From: Escherichia phage VEc74
Sequence record: MT932213.1
Reading direction: 5' to 3' (one strand)
DNA length: 64,000 nucleotides
The position numbers were made by a program, and so were the translations under genes. The number at the start of each line of letters is the position of its first letter. Position 1 is the stretch's first letter. Under the pieces are notes generated by a model. That model had not been told where the DNA came from. It did not search any database and saw only the letters and a list, made by a program, of their open reading frames with translations. Below are positions 8,242 to 19,811 of this stretch, piece by piece.

Positions 8242-8347
8242 ATATTCCTCATAATGCTTTATAAATGTTGGTGGTATAATGGGTCTAAGTCCCTTCCATT
8301 CAATTCCATTTAGAACAAACAACAGAAAAGAATGGAAGATAATAGAA

Positions 8348-9172
8348 TTAGATATTTGACCAGACTTTGTTTGCAGAGAAACGTTTTCCTTTTGAAACGA
8401 ACTGCTGAAGTGGCATTAACACAACGTTCGCCCAGTCTTTCGGGGCGATTTCAACTAGGCTACCCATGATATTACCAGGTATATATGCCTTAATCATTTG
8501 GTCTGCACCCCTAAATCCTTTCACTTGACTCCAATCAATTTTTAATTTTGTTTTATTAGTAATAGTAGGTGTATTCGAATATTGCTTTAAAAGCTCTTCT
8601 AGAAATTGCTGACGAGCTTTAGGTGGAATATAGTGCAAGTTCAATCCATACATTAAATTATGTTTACCTAAACCAAGGTAAATTATCAAAGGAAATTTAT
8701 CCCAGTAAGGAAGAGTTTCCTTGTGTTTAGCATCATAAGCAAAAGCATATATTCGTCCCGGCTGCGGGCGAACAACTTTATGCCCTTTTACTTGCTTAAT
8801 AGTTTCAGCAAACCACTTTCTGGTTTTATTATTAATTGCTGCGCCTTCATTACGAATTTTATCGCGCAATGTTTGTCTGAATGAATTTATCATAAGCAGT
8901 TGTCTTTCTTGCTTATTGAGTTTATTCATTGGTTTTGATTCAAGCTTTTGAATCTTTTCAGCTGTTTTAATTCCTGAAGCATATTTTGACATTGCCGAAG
9001 TAAACGTAGAATATTTAATTCCTCTTTCTTCAGCAAATTGCTTTCCTGTCATTCCTTTTGCTTTGGCCTTTTTGTATTCAAGACCTATCTGAATCCATTT
9101 CTTTTCGTTTAATGATTGCTTAACCTTTGGAACTTGGGGAGTGCTTTCATTAATTATTTGAAAAATAGCCAT
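8348..9172 (-). CDS. 2: DNA end protector protein gp2, 274 aa
   Basis: Size and order as in T4; basic protein. Confidence 0.85.
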   Translation of the reverse strand: MAIFQIINESTPQVPKVKQSLNEKKWIQIGLEYKKAKAKGMTGKQFAEERGIKYSTFTSAMSKYASGIKTAEKIQKLESKPMNKLNKQERQLLMINSFRQTLRDKIRNEGAAINNKTRKWFAETIKQVKGHKVVRPQPGRIYAFAYDAKHKETLPYWDKFPLIIYLGLGKHNLMYGLNLHYIPPKARQQFLEELLKQYSNTPTITNKTKLKIDWSQVKGFRGADQMIKAYIPGNIMGSLVEIAPKDWANVVLMPLQQFVSKGKRFSANKVWSNI

Positions 9173-9624
9173 TATGCCCCCTTAAAGCCAAGAGCTCGTA
9201 ATCCATCTTCTGTTAGAATTCTAAATTTTATTCCACGCTTTTCAGCTAAAGATTGCGCTGCTTTCCATTTGTCAGTATTAACTGAATATGTATAAATTTC
9301 ATTCATAAATCTTTTCTTCGCTGCGGTTGTTAGATGTGCTGGTTTAACTGGTGGTTGTGTTTCTTTTTTAGGCTTTATTTCAATAAAAAATTCTTGTCCA
9401 GAAGAATCTTTCATCCAAATATCCATGAAGTATCTACGTTTTTTCCCTTCTGCATTACAAAAATAAGGAATTACTGCTGTTTCACTACCCCATGCAATAA
9501 TTTCTGGATTTTTATCTAACCATTCAAAAAAGAATTTTTCCCAATTTGATCTATACGTAATTTTTTTAGGGTCACCTCTATATTTTGATATATTTTTAGG
9601 AACCCATTTTCCAGAATATGCCAT
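9172..9624 (-). CDS. 4: head completion protein gp4, 150 aa
   Basis: Size and order as in T4; divergent from gene 53 across a bidirectional late promoter region. Confidence 0.85.
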   Translation of the reverse strand: MAYSGKWVPKNISKYRGDPKKITYRSNWEKFFFEWLDKNPEIIAWGSETAVIPYFCNAEGKKRRYFMDIWMKDSSGQEFFIEIKPKKETQPPVKPAHLTTAAKKRFMNEIYTYSVNTDKWKAAQSLAEKRGIKFRILTEDGLRALGFKGA

Positions 9625-9635
9625 TGGATTCTCCT

Positions 9636-9643
9636 TATAAATA
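9636..9643 (+). promoter_or_regulatory. late promoter TATAAATA (for 53/5 operon)
   Basis: Exact T4 late -10 consensus 29 nt upstream of gene 53 ATG. Confidence 0.7.
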
Positions 9644-9650
9644 GATAATA

Positions 9651-9658
9651 TATTTATA
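9651..9658 (-). promoter_or_regulatory. late promoter TATAAATA (for genes 4-2-3)
   Basis: Exact consensus on minus strand upstream of gene 4. Confidence 0.65.
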
Positions 9659-9671
9659 AACAGGAGGGCCC

Positions 9672-10262
9672 ATGCTCTTTACATTTTTTGATCCGATTGA
9701 ATATGCGGCCAAAACGGTGAATAAAAACGCGCCGACTATTCCTATGACAGATATTTTTAGAAACTATAAAGACTATTTTAAACGCGCTCTTGCGGGATAC
9801 CGCTTACGTACTTATTATATCAAAGGTTCACCACGCCCGGAAGAATTAGCAAATACTATATATGGAAATCCACAGTTGTATTGGGTTTTATTGATGTGTA
9901 ATGATAATTATGATCCGTATTATGGATGGATTACTTCACAAGAAGCTGCTTATCAAGCATCTATACAAAAATACAAAAATGTAGGTGGAGACCAAATAGT
10001 ATATCATGTGAATGAGAACGGTGAAAAATTTTATAATTTAATATCATACGATGATAATCCATATGTTTGGTATGATAAAGGCGATAAAGCTAGAAAATAT
10101 CCTCAATATGAAGGAGCACTTGCTGCGGTCGATACGTATGAAGCGGCTGTTCTTGAAAATGAAAAACTTCGTCAAATAAAAATAATAGCAAAATCAGACA
10201 TCAATTCATTTATGAACGACCTTATACGTATAATGGAGAAATCTTATGGAAATGATAAGTAA
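9672..10262 (+). CDS. 53: baseplate wedge protein gp53, 196 aa
   Basis: Size and position ahead of gene 5 as in T4. Confidence 0.9.
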   Translation: MLFTFFDPIEYAAKTVNKNAPTIPMTDIFRNYKDYFKRALAGYRLRTYYIKGSPRPEELANTIYGNPQLYWVLLMCNDNYDPYYGWITSQEAAYQASIQKYKNVGGDQIVYHVNENGEKFYNLISYDDNPYVWYDKGDKARKYPQYEGALAAVDTYEAAVLENEKLRQIKIIAKSDINSFMNDLIRIMEKSYGNDK

Positions 10263-11973
10263 TAACCTTAATTGGTTTGTCGGTGTTGTTGAAGATAGAA
10301 TGGACCCATTAAAATTAGGTCGTGTTCGTGTTCGTGTGGTTGGTCTGCATCCACCTCAAAGAGCACAAGGTGATGTAATGGGTATTCCAACTGAAAAATT
10401 ACCATGGATGTCAGTTATTCAACCTATAACTTCTGCAGCAATGTCAGGAATTGGAGGTTCTGTTACTGGACCGGTAGAAGGAACTAGAGTTTATGGTCAT
10501 TTTTTAGACAAATGGAAAACTAACGGAATTGTCCTTGGCACGTATGGTGGAATAGTTCGCGAAAAACCGAATAGACTTGAAGGATTTTCTGACCCAACTG
10601 GGCAATATCCTAGACGTTTAGGAAATGATACGAACGTGTTAAACCAAGGCGGAGAAGTAGGATATGATTCCTCTTCTAACGTTATTCAAGATAGTAACTT
10701 AGACACCGCAATAAATCCCGATGATAGACCATTATCAGAGATTCCAACCGATGATAATCCAAATATGTCAATGGCTGAAATGCTTCGCCGTGATGAAGGA
10801 TTAAGATTAAAAGTTTATTGGGATACCGAAGGATATCCGACAATTGGTATTGGTCATCTTATCATGAAACAGCCAGTTCGTGATATGGCTCAAATTAATA
10901 AAGTTTTATCAAAACAAGTTGGTCGTGAAATTACAGGAAATCCAGGTTCTATTACAATGGAAGAAGCGACAGCTTTATTTGAGCGTGATTTGGCTGATAT
11001 GCAACGTGACATTAAATCACATTCTAAAGTAGGACCAGTCTGGCAAGCTGTCAACCGTTCTCGTCAAATGGCATTAGAAAATATGGCATTTCAAATGGGT
11101 GTTGGCGGTGTAGCTAAATTTAACACTATGTTAACTGCTATGTTAGCAGGAGATTGGGAAAAAGCATATAAAGCCGGTCGTGATTCATTGTGGTATCAAC
11201 AAACAAAAGGCCGTGCATCCCGTGTTACTATGATTATTCTTACGGGGAATTTGGAATCATATGGTGTTGAAGTGAAAACCCCAGCTAGGTCTCTATCAGC
11301 AATGGCTGCTACTGTAGCTAAATCTTCTGACCCTGCTGACCCTCCTATTCCAAATGACTCGAGAATTTTATTCAAAGAACCAGTTTCTTCATATAAAGGT
11401 GAATATCCGTATGTTCATACAATGGAAACTGAAAGTGGTCATATTCAGGAATTTGATGATACCCCTGGGCAAGAACGATACAGATTAGTTCATCCAACTG
11501 GAACTTATGAAGAAGTATCACCGTCAGGAAGAAGAACAAGAAAAACTGTTGATAATTTGTATGATATAACCAACGCTGATGGTAATTTTTTGGTAGCCGG
11601 TGATAAAAAGACTAACGTCGGTGGATCAGAAATTTATTACAACATGGATAATCGTCTTCACCAAATAGATGGAAGCAACACAATATTTGTCCGTGGCGAT
11701 GAAACTAAGACGGTTGAAGGTAATGGAACTATCCTAGTTAAAGGTAATGTTACTATTGTAGTTGAAGGTAATGCTGACATTACAGTTAAAGGGGATGCTA
11801 CCACTTTAGTTGAAGGAAATCAGACTAATACAGTAAATGGAAATCTTTCTTGGAAAGTTGCTGGGACAGTTGATTGGAACGTTGGTGGTGATTGGACAGA
11901 AAAAATGGCATCTATGAGTTCTATTTCATCTGGTCAATACACAATTGATGGATCGAGGATTGACATTGGCTAA
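10246..11973 (+). CDS. 5: baseplate hub / cell-puncturing protein with lysozyme domain gp5, 575 aa
   Basis: N-terminus MEMISNNLNWFVGVVEDRMDPLKLGRVRVRVVGLHP; C-terminal VxGxxxxx beta-helix repeats (VEGNGTILVKGNVTIVVEGNADITVKGDATTLVEGN). Confidence 0.95.
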   Translation: MEMISNNLNWFVGVVEDRMDPLKLGRVRVRVVGLHPPQRAQGDVMGIPTEKLPWMSVIQPITSAAMSGIGGSVTGPVEGTRVYGHFLDKWKTNGIVLGTYGGIVREKPNRLEGFSDPTGQYPRRLGNDTNVLNQGGEVGYDSSSNVIQDSNLDTAINPDDRPLSEIPTDDNPNMSMAEMLRRDEGLRLKVYWDTEGYPTIGIGHLIMKQPVRDMAQINKVLSKQVGREITGNPGSITMEEATALFERDLADMQRDIKSHSKVGPVWQAVNRSRQMALENMAFQMGVGGVAKFNTMLTAMLAGDWEKAYKAGRDSLWYQQTKGRASRVTMIILTGNLESYGVEVKTPARSLSAMAATVAKSSDPADPPIPNDSRILFKEPVSSYKGEYPYVHTMETESGHIQEFDDTPGQERYRLVHPTGTYEEVSPSGRRTRKTVDNLYDITNADGNFLVAGDKKTNVGGSEIYYNMDNRLHQIDGSNTIFVRGDETKTVEGNGTILVKGNVTIVVEGNADITVKGDATTLVEGNQTNTVNGNLSWKVAGTVDWNVGGDWTEKMASMSSISSGQYTIDGSRIDIG

Positions 11974-12502
11974 TATACTTCCAATGAGCGCTGATTTAGG
12001 AGAATCCATGGAAGGTTCTTCTATCGACGTCACCTTTACCGCTCAATTAGAAACAGGTGAAACGTTAGTATCTATAAATATAACTAGTTACGAAGAAACT
12101 CCTGGGGTTTTAGTAGAAGAAAATCGCTTATATGGAACATATGAATCTGTATTTGGTTTCGGAAATGACGCGTTGAAATATCGTTTAGGCGATGAATTTA
12201 AAACTGCTGCTTCATGGGAAGAACTTCCTACTGATTCTGATACTCAGTTGTATTTGTGGAAAGCTCCTCAAAATCTCCAGAAGACATTCACTTACGAAGT
12301 AACATTAATATATGACTACCAAGAACAAAGTGAATCCGGTGGTTCTGGCAGTAATTCTAGGTCATCTTCTGATACTACTGAACCAACGAATCCTCCAGCT
12401 CCAATAAGAAAAACTCTAGTTAAAAATTACACAAAAACTATAGTTGGAAATTGGAGTCGTTGGGCTAATAAATTAAGAAGCTATGTGTATGAGAGGCCAT
12501 AA
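11945..12502 (+). CDS. 5.1: gp5.1-like protein, 185 aa (start uncertain; ATG at 11984 would avoid overlap with gene 5)
   Basis: Six-frame ORF between 5 and 5.4. Confidence 0.55.
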
Positions 12503-12796
12503 ATGTCAGGATTAAGTTATGATAAGTGTGTTACTGCTGGCCATGAAGCGTGGCCTCCAACAGTTGTGAATGCTACACAAAGTAAAGTATTCACTGGAGG
12601 AATTGCTGTTCTAGTAGCAGGCGATCCAATTACAGAACATACAGAAATTAAAAAGCCATATGAAACACATGGCGGAGTGACACAACCCAGAACTTCTAAG
12701 GTATATGTCACTGGAAAGAAAGCTGTTCAAATGGCTGATCCAATATCATGTGGTGATACTGTGGCTCAGGCATCATCTAAAGTATTCATTAAATAG
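12503..12796 (+). CDS. 5.4: PAAR-repeat spike tip protein gp5.4, 97 aa
   Basis: 97 aa, position between 5 and 6; sequence recognised as T4 gp5.4. Confidence 0.85.
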
Positions 12797-12804
12797 GATT
12801 TAAA

Positions 12805-14787
12805 ATGGCAAATACCCCTGTAAATTATCAATTAACAAGAACAGCAAATGCTATTCCCGAGATATTCGTCGGGGGTACGTTTGCTGAAATAAAACAAAAC
12901 CTCATTGAATGGCTTAATGGCCAAAATGAATTTTTGGATTATGATTTTGAAGGCTCAAGATTAAACGTTCTGTGTGACCTTTTAGCTTATAATACATTAT
13001 ACATTCAGCAGTTTGGTAATGCTGCTGTGTATGAAAGCTTTATGCGTACTGCTAACTTACGAAGTTCAGTTGTTCAAGCTGCACAAGATAACGGATATTT
13101 ACCTACTTCAAAATCCGCTGCGCAGACCGAAATTATGTTAACATGCACCGACGCATTGAATAGGAATTACATTACTATTCCTCGCGGAACTCGCTTTTTA
13201 GCATATGCAAAAGATACTTCTGTTAATCCATATAACTTCGTTTCTACCGAAGACGTTATTGCTATTCGTGATAAAAATAACCAATATTTTCCGCGTTTAA
13301 AATTGGCCCAGGGACGTATAGTAAGAACTGAAATCATTTATGATAAATTAACACCTATTATCATTTATGATAAAAATATTGATAGAAACCAGGTTAAATT
13401 ATACGTTGATGGAGCGGAATGGATTAACTGGACGAGAAAGTCAATGGTTCATGCTGGTTCAACATCAACGATTTACTATATGCGTGAAACTATTGATGGA
13501 AACACTGAATTCTATTTTGGCGAAGGTGAAATTTCTGTTAATGCTTCTGAAGGAGCTTTGACCGCTAATTATATCGGAGGTCTTAAACCTACCCAGAACT
13601 CTACGATTGTTATTGAGTACATCAGTACTAACGGTGCAGATGCGAATGGCGCAGTCGGATTTTCATATGCAGATACATTAACAAATATAACTGTCATCAA
13701 TATTAATGAAAATCCAAACGATGACCCAGATTTTGTTGGTGCTGATGGTGGTGGTGATCCAGAAGATATTGAACGTATTCGCGAATTGGGTACTATTAAG
13801 CGTGAAACTCAGCAGCGATGTGTAACTGCGACAGATTATGATACATTTGTCTCAGAAAGATTTGGTTCTATTATTCAAGCCGTTCAGACTTTCACTGATT
13901 CTACTAAACCTGGTTATGCATTTATTGCTGCTAAACCTAAATCAGGATTGTATTTAACTACTGTGCAGCGTGAAGATATTAAAAATTATCTCAAAGATTA
14001 TAATTTAGCACCTATTACACCATCAATTATTTCTCCTAATTATCTTTTCATTAAGACTAATTTAAAAGTCACATATGCTTTAAATAAGCTACAAGAATCT
14101 GAACAGTGGCTTGAAGGTCAAATAATTGATAAAATTGACCGCTATTATACTGAAGATGTAGAAATTTTTAACTCATCTTTCGCTAAGTCTAAGATGTTAA
14201 CTTATGTAGATGATGCAGATCATTCTATCATTGGTTCATCAGCGACTATTCAAATGGTTCGTGAAGTACAAAACTTCTATAAAACGCCTGAAGCTGGTAT
14301 TAAATACAATAATCAAATAAAAGACCGTTCTATGGAATCTAATACGTTTTCATTTAATTCTGGACGAAAAGTTGTAAATCCTGATACTGGTTTAGAAGAA
14401 GATGTATTATACGATGTTCGTATAGTATCAACAGACCGAGATTCTAAAGGAATTGGTAAAGTTATTATCGGTCCATTTGCTTCTGGCGATGTTACAGAAA
14501 ATGAAAATATTCAGCCATACACAGGAAATGATTTTAACAAATTAGCAAACTCCACAGGACGTGACAAATACTATGTTATCGGTGAAATAAACTATCCAGC
14601 TGACACAATTTACTGGAATATCGCTAAAATTAATTTAACATCTGAAAAATTTGAAGTTCAGACTATTGAATTATATTCTGACCCAACCGATGATGTTATC
14701 TTTACTCGCGATGGTTCACTGATTGTATTTGAAAATGACTTACGTCCACAATACTTAACTATCGATTTGGAGCCTATATCACAATGA
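12805..14787 (+). CDS. 6: baseplate wedge protein gp6, 660 aa
   Basis: Size and order as in T4. Confidence 0.95.
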   Translation: MANTPVNYQLTRTANAIPEIFVGGTFAEIKQNLIEWLNGQNEFLDYDFEGSRLNVLCDLLAYNTLYIQQFGNAAVYESFMRTANLRSSVVQAAQDNGYLPTSKSAAQTEIMLTCTDALNRNYITIPRGTRFLAYAKDTSVNPYNFVSTEDVIAIRDKNNQYFPRLKLAQGRIVRTEIIYDKLTPIIIYDKNIDRNQVKLYVDGAEWINWTRKSMVHAGSTSTIYYMRETIDGNTEFYFGEGEISVNASEGALTANYIGGLKPTQNSTIVIEYISTNGADANGAVGFSYADTLTNITVININENPNDDPDFVGADGGGDPEDIERIRELGTIKRETQQRCVTATDYDTFVSERFGSIIQAVQTFTDSTKPGYAFIAAKPKSGLYLTTVQREDIKNYLKDYNLAPITPSIISPNYLFIKTNLKVTYALNKLQESEQWLEGQIIDKIDRYYTEDVEIFNSSFAKSKMLTYVDDADHSIIGSSATIQMVREVQNFYKTPEAGIKYNNQIKDRSMESNTFSFNSGRKVVNPDTGLEEDVLYDVRIVSTDRDSKGIGKVIIGPFASGDVTENENIQPYTGNDFNKLANSTGRDKYYVIGEINYPADTIYWNIAKINLTSEKFEVQTIELYSDPTDDVIFTRDGSLIVFENDLRPQYLTIDLEPISQ

Positions 14788-17700
14788 CAGTAAAAGCACC
14801 TTCAGTCACTAGTCTCAGAATTTCCAAGTTATCCGCAAATCAGGTGCAAGTACGCTGGGATGACGTTGGTGCTAATTTCTACTATTTTGTAGAAATCGCT
14901 GAGACAAAAACAGACTCGGGGGAAAATCTCCCGAGTGATCAATATCGTTGGATTAATTTAGGGTATACAGCAAATAATAGTTTCTTTTTTGATGATGCTG
15001 ATCCACTGACATCATATGTTATTAGAGTAGCTACGGCGGCTCAAGATTTTGAGCAGTCTGACTGGATTTATACCGAAGAGTTTGAAACTTTTGCTACGAA
15101 TGCTTACACATTTCAAAATATGATTGAAATGCAATTAGCTAATAAATTCATTCAGGAAAAGTTCACTCTTAATAATTCTGATTATGTTAATTTTAATAAT
15201 GACACCATAATGGCTGCATTGATGAATGAATCGTTTCAATTCAGCCCATCATATGTTGATGTTTCATCAATCAGTAATTTTATTATTGGTGAAAATGAGT
15301 ATCATGAAATACAAGGTTCTATTCAGCAAGTATGTAAGGATATTAACCGAGTTTATTTGATGGAATCAGAAGGGATTCTATATCTTTTTGAGCGCTATCA
15401 ACCCGTAGTTAAAGTATCCAATGATAAAGGACAAACTTGGAAAGCTGTAAAGCTCTTCAATGACCGCGTAGGATATCCTTTATCTAAGACTGTATATTAC
15501 CAATCTGCGAACACTACATACGTTCTAGGATACGACAAGGTCTTCTATGGCCGTAAATCGACTGACGTTAGATGGTCAGCAGATGATGTCAGATTCAGTT
15601 CACAGGATATAACATTTGCTAAATTAGGAGACCAACTTCATTTAGGATTCGATGTTGAAATCTTCGCTACTTATGCTACTTTACCAGCGAATGTATACCG
15701 CATTGCAGAAGCTATTACTTGTACCGATGATTACATTTACGTTGTCGCCAGAGACAAAGTTAGATACATAAAAACGAGTAATGCACCTATAGATTCTGAT
15801 CCATTATCTCCGACATATTCGGAAAGACTTTTTGAACCTGATACTATGACTATAACCGGAAATCCTAAAGCAGTATGCTATAAAATGGATTCTATTGGTG
15901 ATAAAGTTTTTGCTCTTATTATTGGTGAAGTTGAAACATTAAATGCCAATCCGAGAACTTCAAAAATAATTGATTCTGCTGATAAAGGAATATATGTTTT
16001 AAATCATGACGAAAAAACATGGAAAAGAGTTTTTGGCAACACTGAAGAAGAAAGAAGACGTATTCAACCCGGATATGCGAATATGTCAACTGATGGTAAA
16101 TTAGTTTCTCTATCATCGAGTAATTTTAAATTTTTAAGCGATAATGTTGTTAATGACCCTGAAACTGCAGCAAAATATCAGTTAATTGGCGCTGTTAAAT
16201 ATGAATTTCCTCGTGAATGGTTAGCTGATAAGCATTATCATATGATGGCATTTATAGCTGATGAAAAATCTGATTGGGAGACTTTTACTCCTCAACCAAT
16301 GAAATACTACGCAGAACCGTTCTTTAACTGGTCTAAAAAATCTAACACGCGTTGTTGGATAAACAACTCCGATAGGGCTGTAGTAGTTTATGCTGATTTA
16401 AAATACACCAAAGTTATAGAAAATATTCCGGAAACATCACCAGATAGATTAGTTCATGAATACTGGGATGATGGTGATTGCACTATAGTAATGCCAAATG
16501 TTAAATTCACTGGATTTAAAAAATATGCGTCTGGGATGCTTTTCTATAAAGCCTCCGGTGAAATAATTTCTTACTATGATTTTAACTATCGTGTGAGAGA
16601 TACAGTAGAAATTATTTGGAAGCCGACTGGAGTATTTTTAAAAGCATTTTTACAAAACCAAGAGCATGAGACTCCTTGGTCACCAGAAGAAGAGCATGGA
16701 TTAGCTGATCCTGATTTAAGACCATTGATTGGCACAATGATGCCTGATTCTTATTTGCTACAGGATTCGAATTTTGAGGCATTTTGCGAAGCGTATATTC
16801 AGTATCTTTCTGATGGATATGGAACTCAGTATAACAATTTACGAAATTTAATTCGTAATCAGTATCCACGAGAAGAGCATGCATGGGAATATTTGTGGTC
16901 AGAGATATATAAAAGAAACATTTATTTAAATGCTGACAAACGTGATGCTGTTGCGAGATTCTTTGAATCACGTAGCTATGATTTTTATTCTACTAAAGGA
17001 ATTGAAGCATCATACAAGTTTCTTTTTAAAGTTCTTTATAATGAAGAAGTTGAAATTGAAATTGAATCTGGGGCTGGTACTGAATATGACATAATCGTTC
17101 AATCTGATTCTTTAACTGAAGATTTAGTAGGACAAACGATTTATACAGCCACAGGAAGATGTAATGTTACTTATATAGAAAGAAGTTATTCTAATGGTAA
17201 ATTGCAATGGACCGTAACTATTCATAATCTTTTGGGAAGATTAATTGCTGGTCAAGAAGTTAAAGCAGAAAGACTCCCTAGTTTTGAAGGCGAAATTATT
17301 CGTGGAGTTAAAGGAAAGGATTTGCTTCAAAACAATATAGACTATATTAATAGAAGCAGATCATACTATGTAATGAAAATTAAATCCAATTTACCTTCTT
17401 CCCGCTGGAAATCTGACGTTATTCGTTTTGTTCATCCAGTAGGATTTGGATTTATAGCAATTACCCTTTTAACTATGTTTATTAATGTTGGTTTAACTCT
17501 TAAACATACAGAGACTATAATTAATAAATACAAAAACTATAAATGGGATTCTGGATTACCTACTGAATATGCTGATAGAGTAGCTAAATTAACTCCAACC
17601 GGTGAAATTGAGCATGATTCAGTAACAGGCGAAGCAATTTATGAGCCTGGCCCAATGGCTGGTGTAAAATATCCTCTTCCTGATGACTATAATGCTGAAA

Positions 17701-17882
17701 ATAATAATTCAATGTTTCAAGGTCAATTGCCGTCTGAACGACGTAAATTAATGAGTCCTCTATTTGATGCTTCTGGAACAACATTTGCGCAATTTAGAGA
17801 TTTAGTTAATAAACGTCTAAAAGATAATATAGGAAATCCAAGAGACCCTGAAAATCCAACACAGGTTAAAATAGATGAATGA
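14784..17882 (+). CDS. 7: baseplate wedge protein gp7, 1032 aa
   Basis: Size and order as in T4. Confidence 0.95.
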   Translation: MTVKAPSVTSLRISKLSANQVQVRWDDVGANFYYFVEIAETKTDSGENLPSDQYRWINLGYTANNSFFFDDADPLTSYVIRVATAAQDFEQSDWIYTEEFETFATNAYTFQNMIEMQLANKFIQEKFTLNNSDYVNFNNDTIMAALMNESFQFSPSYVDVSSISNFIIGENEYHEIQGSIQQVCKDINRVYLMESEGILYLFERYQPVVKVSNDKGQTWKAVKLFNDRVGYPLSKTVYYQSANTTYVLGYDKVFYGRKSTDVRWSADDVRFSSQDITFAKLGDQLHLGFDVEIFATYATLPANVYRIAEAITCTDDYIYVVARDKVRYIKTSNAPIDSDPLSPTYSERLFEPDTMTITGNPKAVCYKMDSIGDKVFALIIGEVETLNANPRTSKIIDSADKGIYVLNHDEKTWKRVFGNTEEERRRIQPGYANMSTDGKLVSLSSSNFKFLSDNVVNDPETAAKYQLIGAVKYEFPREWLADKHYHMMAFIADEKSDWETFTPQPMKYYAEPFFNWSKKSNTRCWINNSDRAVVVYADLKYTKVIENIPETSPDRLVHEYWDDGDCTIVMPNVKFTGFKKYASGMLFYKASGEIISYYDFNYRVRDTVEIIWKPTGVFLKAFLQNQEHETPWSPEEEHGLADPDLRPLIGTMMPDSYLLQDSNFEAFCEAYIQYLSDGYGTQYNNLRNLIRNQYPREEHAWEYLWSEIYKRNIYLNADKRDAVARFFESRSYDFYSTKGIEASYKFLFKVLYNEEVEIEIESGAGTEYDIIVQSDSLTEDLVGQTIYTATGRCNVTYIERSYSNGKLQWTVTIHNLLGRLIAGQEVKAERLPSFEGEIIRGVKGKDLLQNNIDYINRSRSYYVMKIKSNLPSSRWKSDVIRFVHPVGFGFIAITLLTMFINVGLTLKHTETIINKYKNYKWDSGLPTEYADRVAKLTPTGEIEHDSVTGEAIYEPGPMAGVKYPLPDDYNAENNNSMFQGQLPSERRKLMSPLFDASGTTFAQFRDLVNKRLKDNIGNPRDPENPTQVKIDE

Positions 17883-18879
17883 TTCAAGTGTTATCTATCG
17901 TGCGATAGTTACTTCAAAATTTAGAACAGAAAAAATGTTGAATTTTTATAATTCAATTGGAAGTGGTCCGGATAAAAACACTATCTTTATCACATTTGGA
18001 AGATCAGAACCGTGGTCATCAAATGAAAATGAGGTGGGCTTTGCCCCACCTTATCCAACCGATTCTGTATTAGGAGTAACTGACATGTGGACGCATATGA
18101 TGGGAACAGTAAAAGTTCTTCCATCAATGCTTGATGCAGTTATTCCTCGTCGAGATTGGGGAGATACTAGATATCCGGATCCGTATACATTTAGAATTAA
18201 CGATATTGTAGTGTGTAACTCAGCTCCTTACAACGCTACTGAATCAGGCGCAGGCTGGTTAGTATATCGTTGTTTAGATGTTCCTGATACCGGAATGTGC
18301 TCAATAGCATCTTTAACTGATAAGGATGAATGCCTTAAATTAGGCGGAAAATGGACACCTTCTGTTAGGTCAATGACTCCTCCTGAAGGTCGAGGAGATG
18401 CTGAAGGAACAATTGAACCTGGGGACGGGTATGTATGGGAATATCTTTTTGAGATTCCGCCTGATGTATCTATAAATAGATGCACGAATGAATATATCGT
18501 GGTTCCTTGGCCTGAGGAATTAAAAGAAGACCCGACTAGATGGGGATATGAAGATAATCTCACTTGGCAACAAGATGATTTTGGATTAATTTACCGTGTT
18601 AAGGCAAATACTATCCGTTTTAAAGCATATTTAGATTCAGTTTATTTTCCTGAAGCTGCATTGCCAGGAAATAAAGGATTTAGACAAATATCAATAATCA
18701 CGAATCCTCTTGAAGCTAAAGCTCATCCAAATGACCCAAACGTTAAAGCTGAAAAGGATTATTATGACCCAGAAGATTTAATGAGGCATTCGGGCGAAAT
18801 GATTTATATGGAAAATAGGCCACCTATTATTATGGCAATGGATCAAACAGAAGAAATCAATATTCTGTTTACATTTTAA
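17875..18879 (+). CDS. 8: baseplate wedge protein gp8, 334 aa
   Basis: Size and order as in T4. Confidence 0.95.
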   Translation: MNDSSVIYRAIVTSKFRTEKMLNFYNSIGSGPDKNTIFITFGRSEPWSSNENEVGFAPPYPTDSVLGVTDMWTHMMGTVKVLPSMLDAVIPRRDWGDTRYPDPYTFRINDIVVCNSAPYNATESGAGWLVYRCLDVPDTGMCSIASLTDKDECLKLGGKWTPSVRSMTPPEGRGDAEGTIEPGDGYVWEYLFEIPPDVSINRCTNEYIVVPWPEELKEDPTRWGYEDNLTWQQDDFGLIYRVKANTIRFKAYLDSVYFPEAALPGNKGFRQISIITNPLEAKAHPNDPNVKAEKDYYDPEDLMRHSGEMIYMENRPPIIMAMDQTEEINILFTF

Positions 18880-18884
18880 ATTAA

Positions 18885-18910
18885 GGGAGCCCATGGGCTC
18901 CCTTTTTTTC
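18885..18910 (+). terminator. rho-independent terminator after gene 8
   Basis: Hairpin GGGAGCCCATGGGCTCCC followed by TTTTTTT. Confidence 0.75.
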
Positions 18911-18912
18911 TT

Positions 18913-18920
18913 TATAAATA
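18913..18920 (+). promoter_or_regulatory. late promoter TATAAATA upstream of gene 9
   Basis: Exact consensus 25 nt before the ATG. Confidence 0.7.
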
Positions 18921-18944
18921 TTATAAACTCATAAGGAAACCGCT

Positions 18945-19811
18945 ATGTTCATTCAAGAACCAAAGAAATTGATTGATACCGGCGAAATTGGTAACGCTTC
19001 TACTGGTGATATCTTATTCGACGGTGGTAATAAAATTAATAGTGATTTTAACGCAATTTATAATGCGTTTGGCGATCAGCGTAAAATGGCAGTAGCAAAT
19101 GGCACCGGAGCTGATGGTCAAATTATCCATGCTACTGGATATTATCAAAAACACTCTATTGCTGAGTATGCAACTCCAGTAAAAGTTGGCACTAGACATG
19201 ATATTGATACCTCTACTGTAGGTGTTAAAGTTATTATTGAAAGAGGAGAACTTGGCGATTGTGTTGAATTCATTAACTCTAATGGATCAATATCAGTTAC
19301 TAATCCTTTAACGATTCAGGCTATTGATTCAATTAAAGGTGTTTCAGGTAATTTAGTAGTAACTACTCCATATAGTAAAGTTACTTTACGCTGTATTTCA
19401 TCTGATAATTCTACGTCGGTTTGGAATTATTCTATTGAAAGCATGTTTGGTCAAAGGGAATCACCAGCTGAAGGTACATGGAATATTTCTACATCCGGAT
19501 CAGTTGATATTCCACTATTTCATCGCACTGAATACAATATGGCTAAATTGTTAGTTACATGCCAGTCAGCAGATGGAAGAAAAATTAAAACAGCAGAAAT
19601 AAATATTCTTGTAGATATTATTAATTCAGAGGTCATTTCTTCTGAATATGCTGTCATGCGAGTTGGGAATGAAACCGAAGAAGACGAAATCGCTAATATT
19701 GCATTTAGTATTAAAGAAAATTATGTAACGGCGACTATAAGTTCTTCAACTGTCGGTATGAGAGCAGCAGTTAAAGTTATCGCTACGCAGAAAATCGGGG
19801 TGGCTCAATAA
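18945..19811 (+). CDS. 9: baseplate wedge / long-tail-fibre socket protein gp9, 288 aa
   Basis: Size and order as in T4. Confidence 0.95.
   Translation: MFIQEPKKLIDTGEIGNASTGDILFDGGNKINSDFNAIYNAFGDQRKMAVANGTGADGQIIHATGYYQKHSIAEYATPVKVGTRHDIDTSTVGVKVIIERGELGDCVEFINSNGSISVTNPLTIQAIDSIKGVSGNLVVTTPYSKVTLRCISSDNSTSVWNYSIESMFGQRESPAEGTWNISTSGSVDIPLFHRTEYNMAKLLVTCQSADGRKIKTAEINILVDIINSEVISSEYAVMRVGNETEEDEIANIAFSIKENYVTATISSSTVGMRAAVKVIATQKIGVAQ

Noticed and set aside
11650-11900. Octapeptide-like repeats in the gene 5 C-terminus as a separate repeat element
   Set aside because: They are the known beta-helix needle repeats of gp5 and part of the coding sequence
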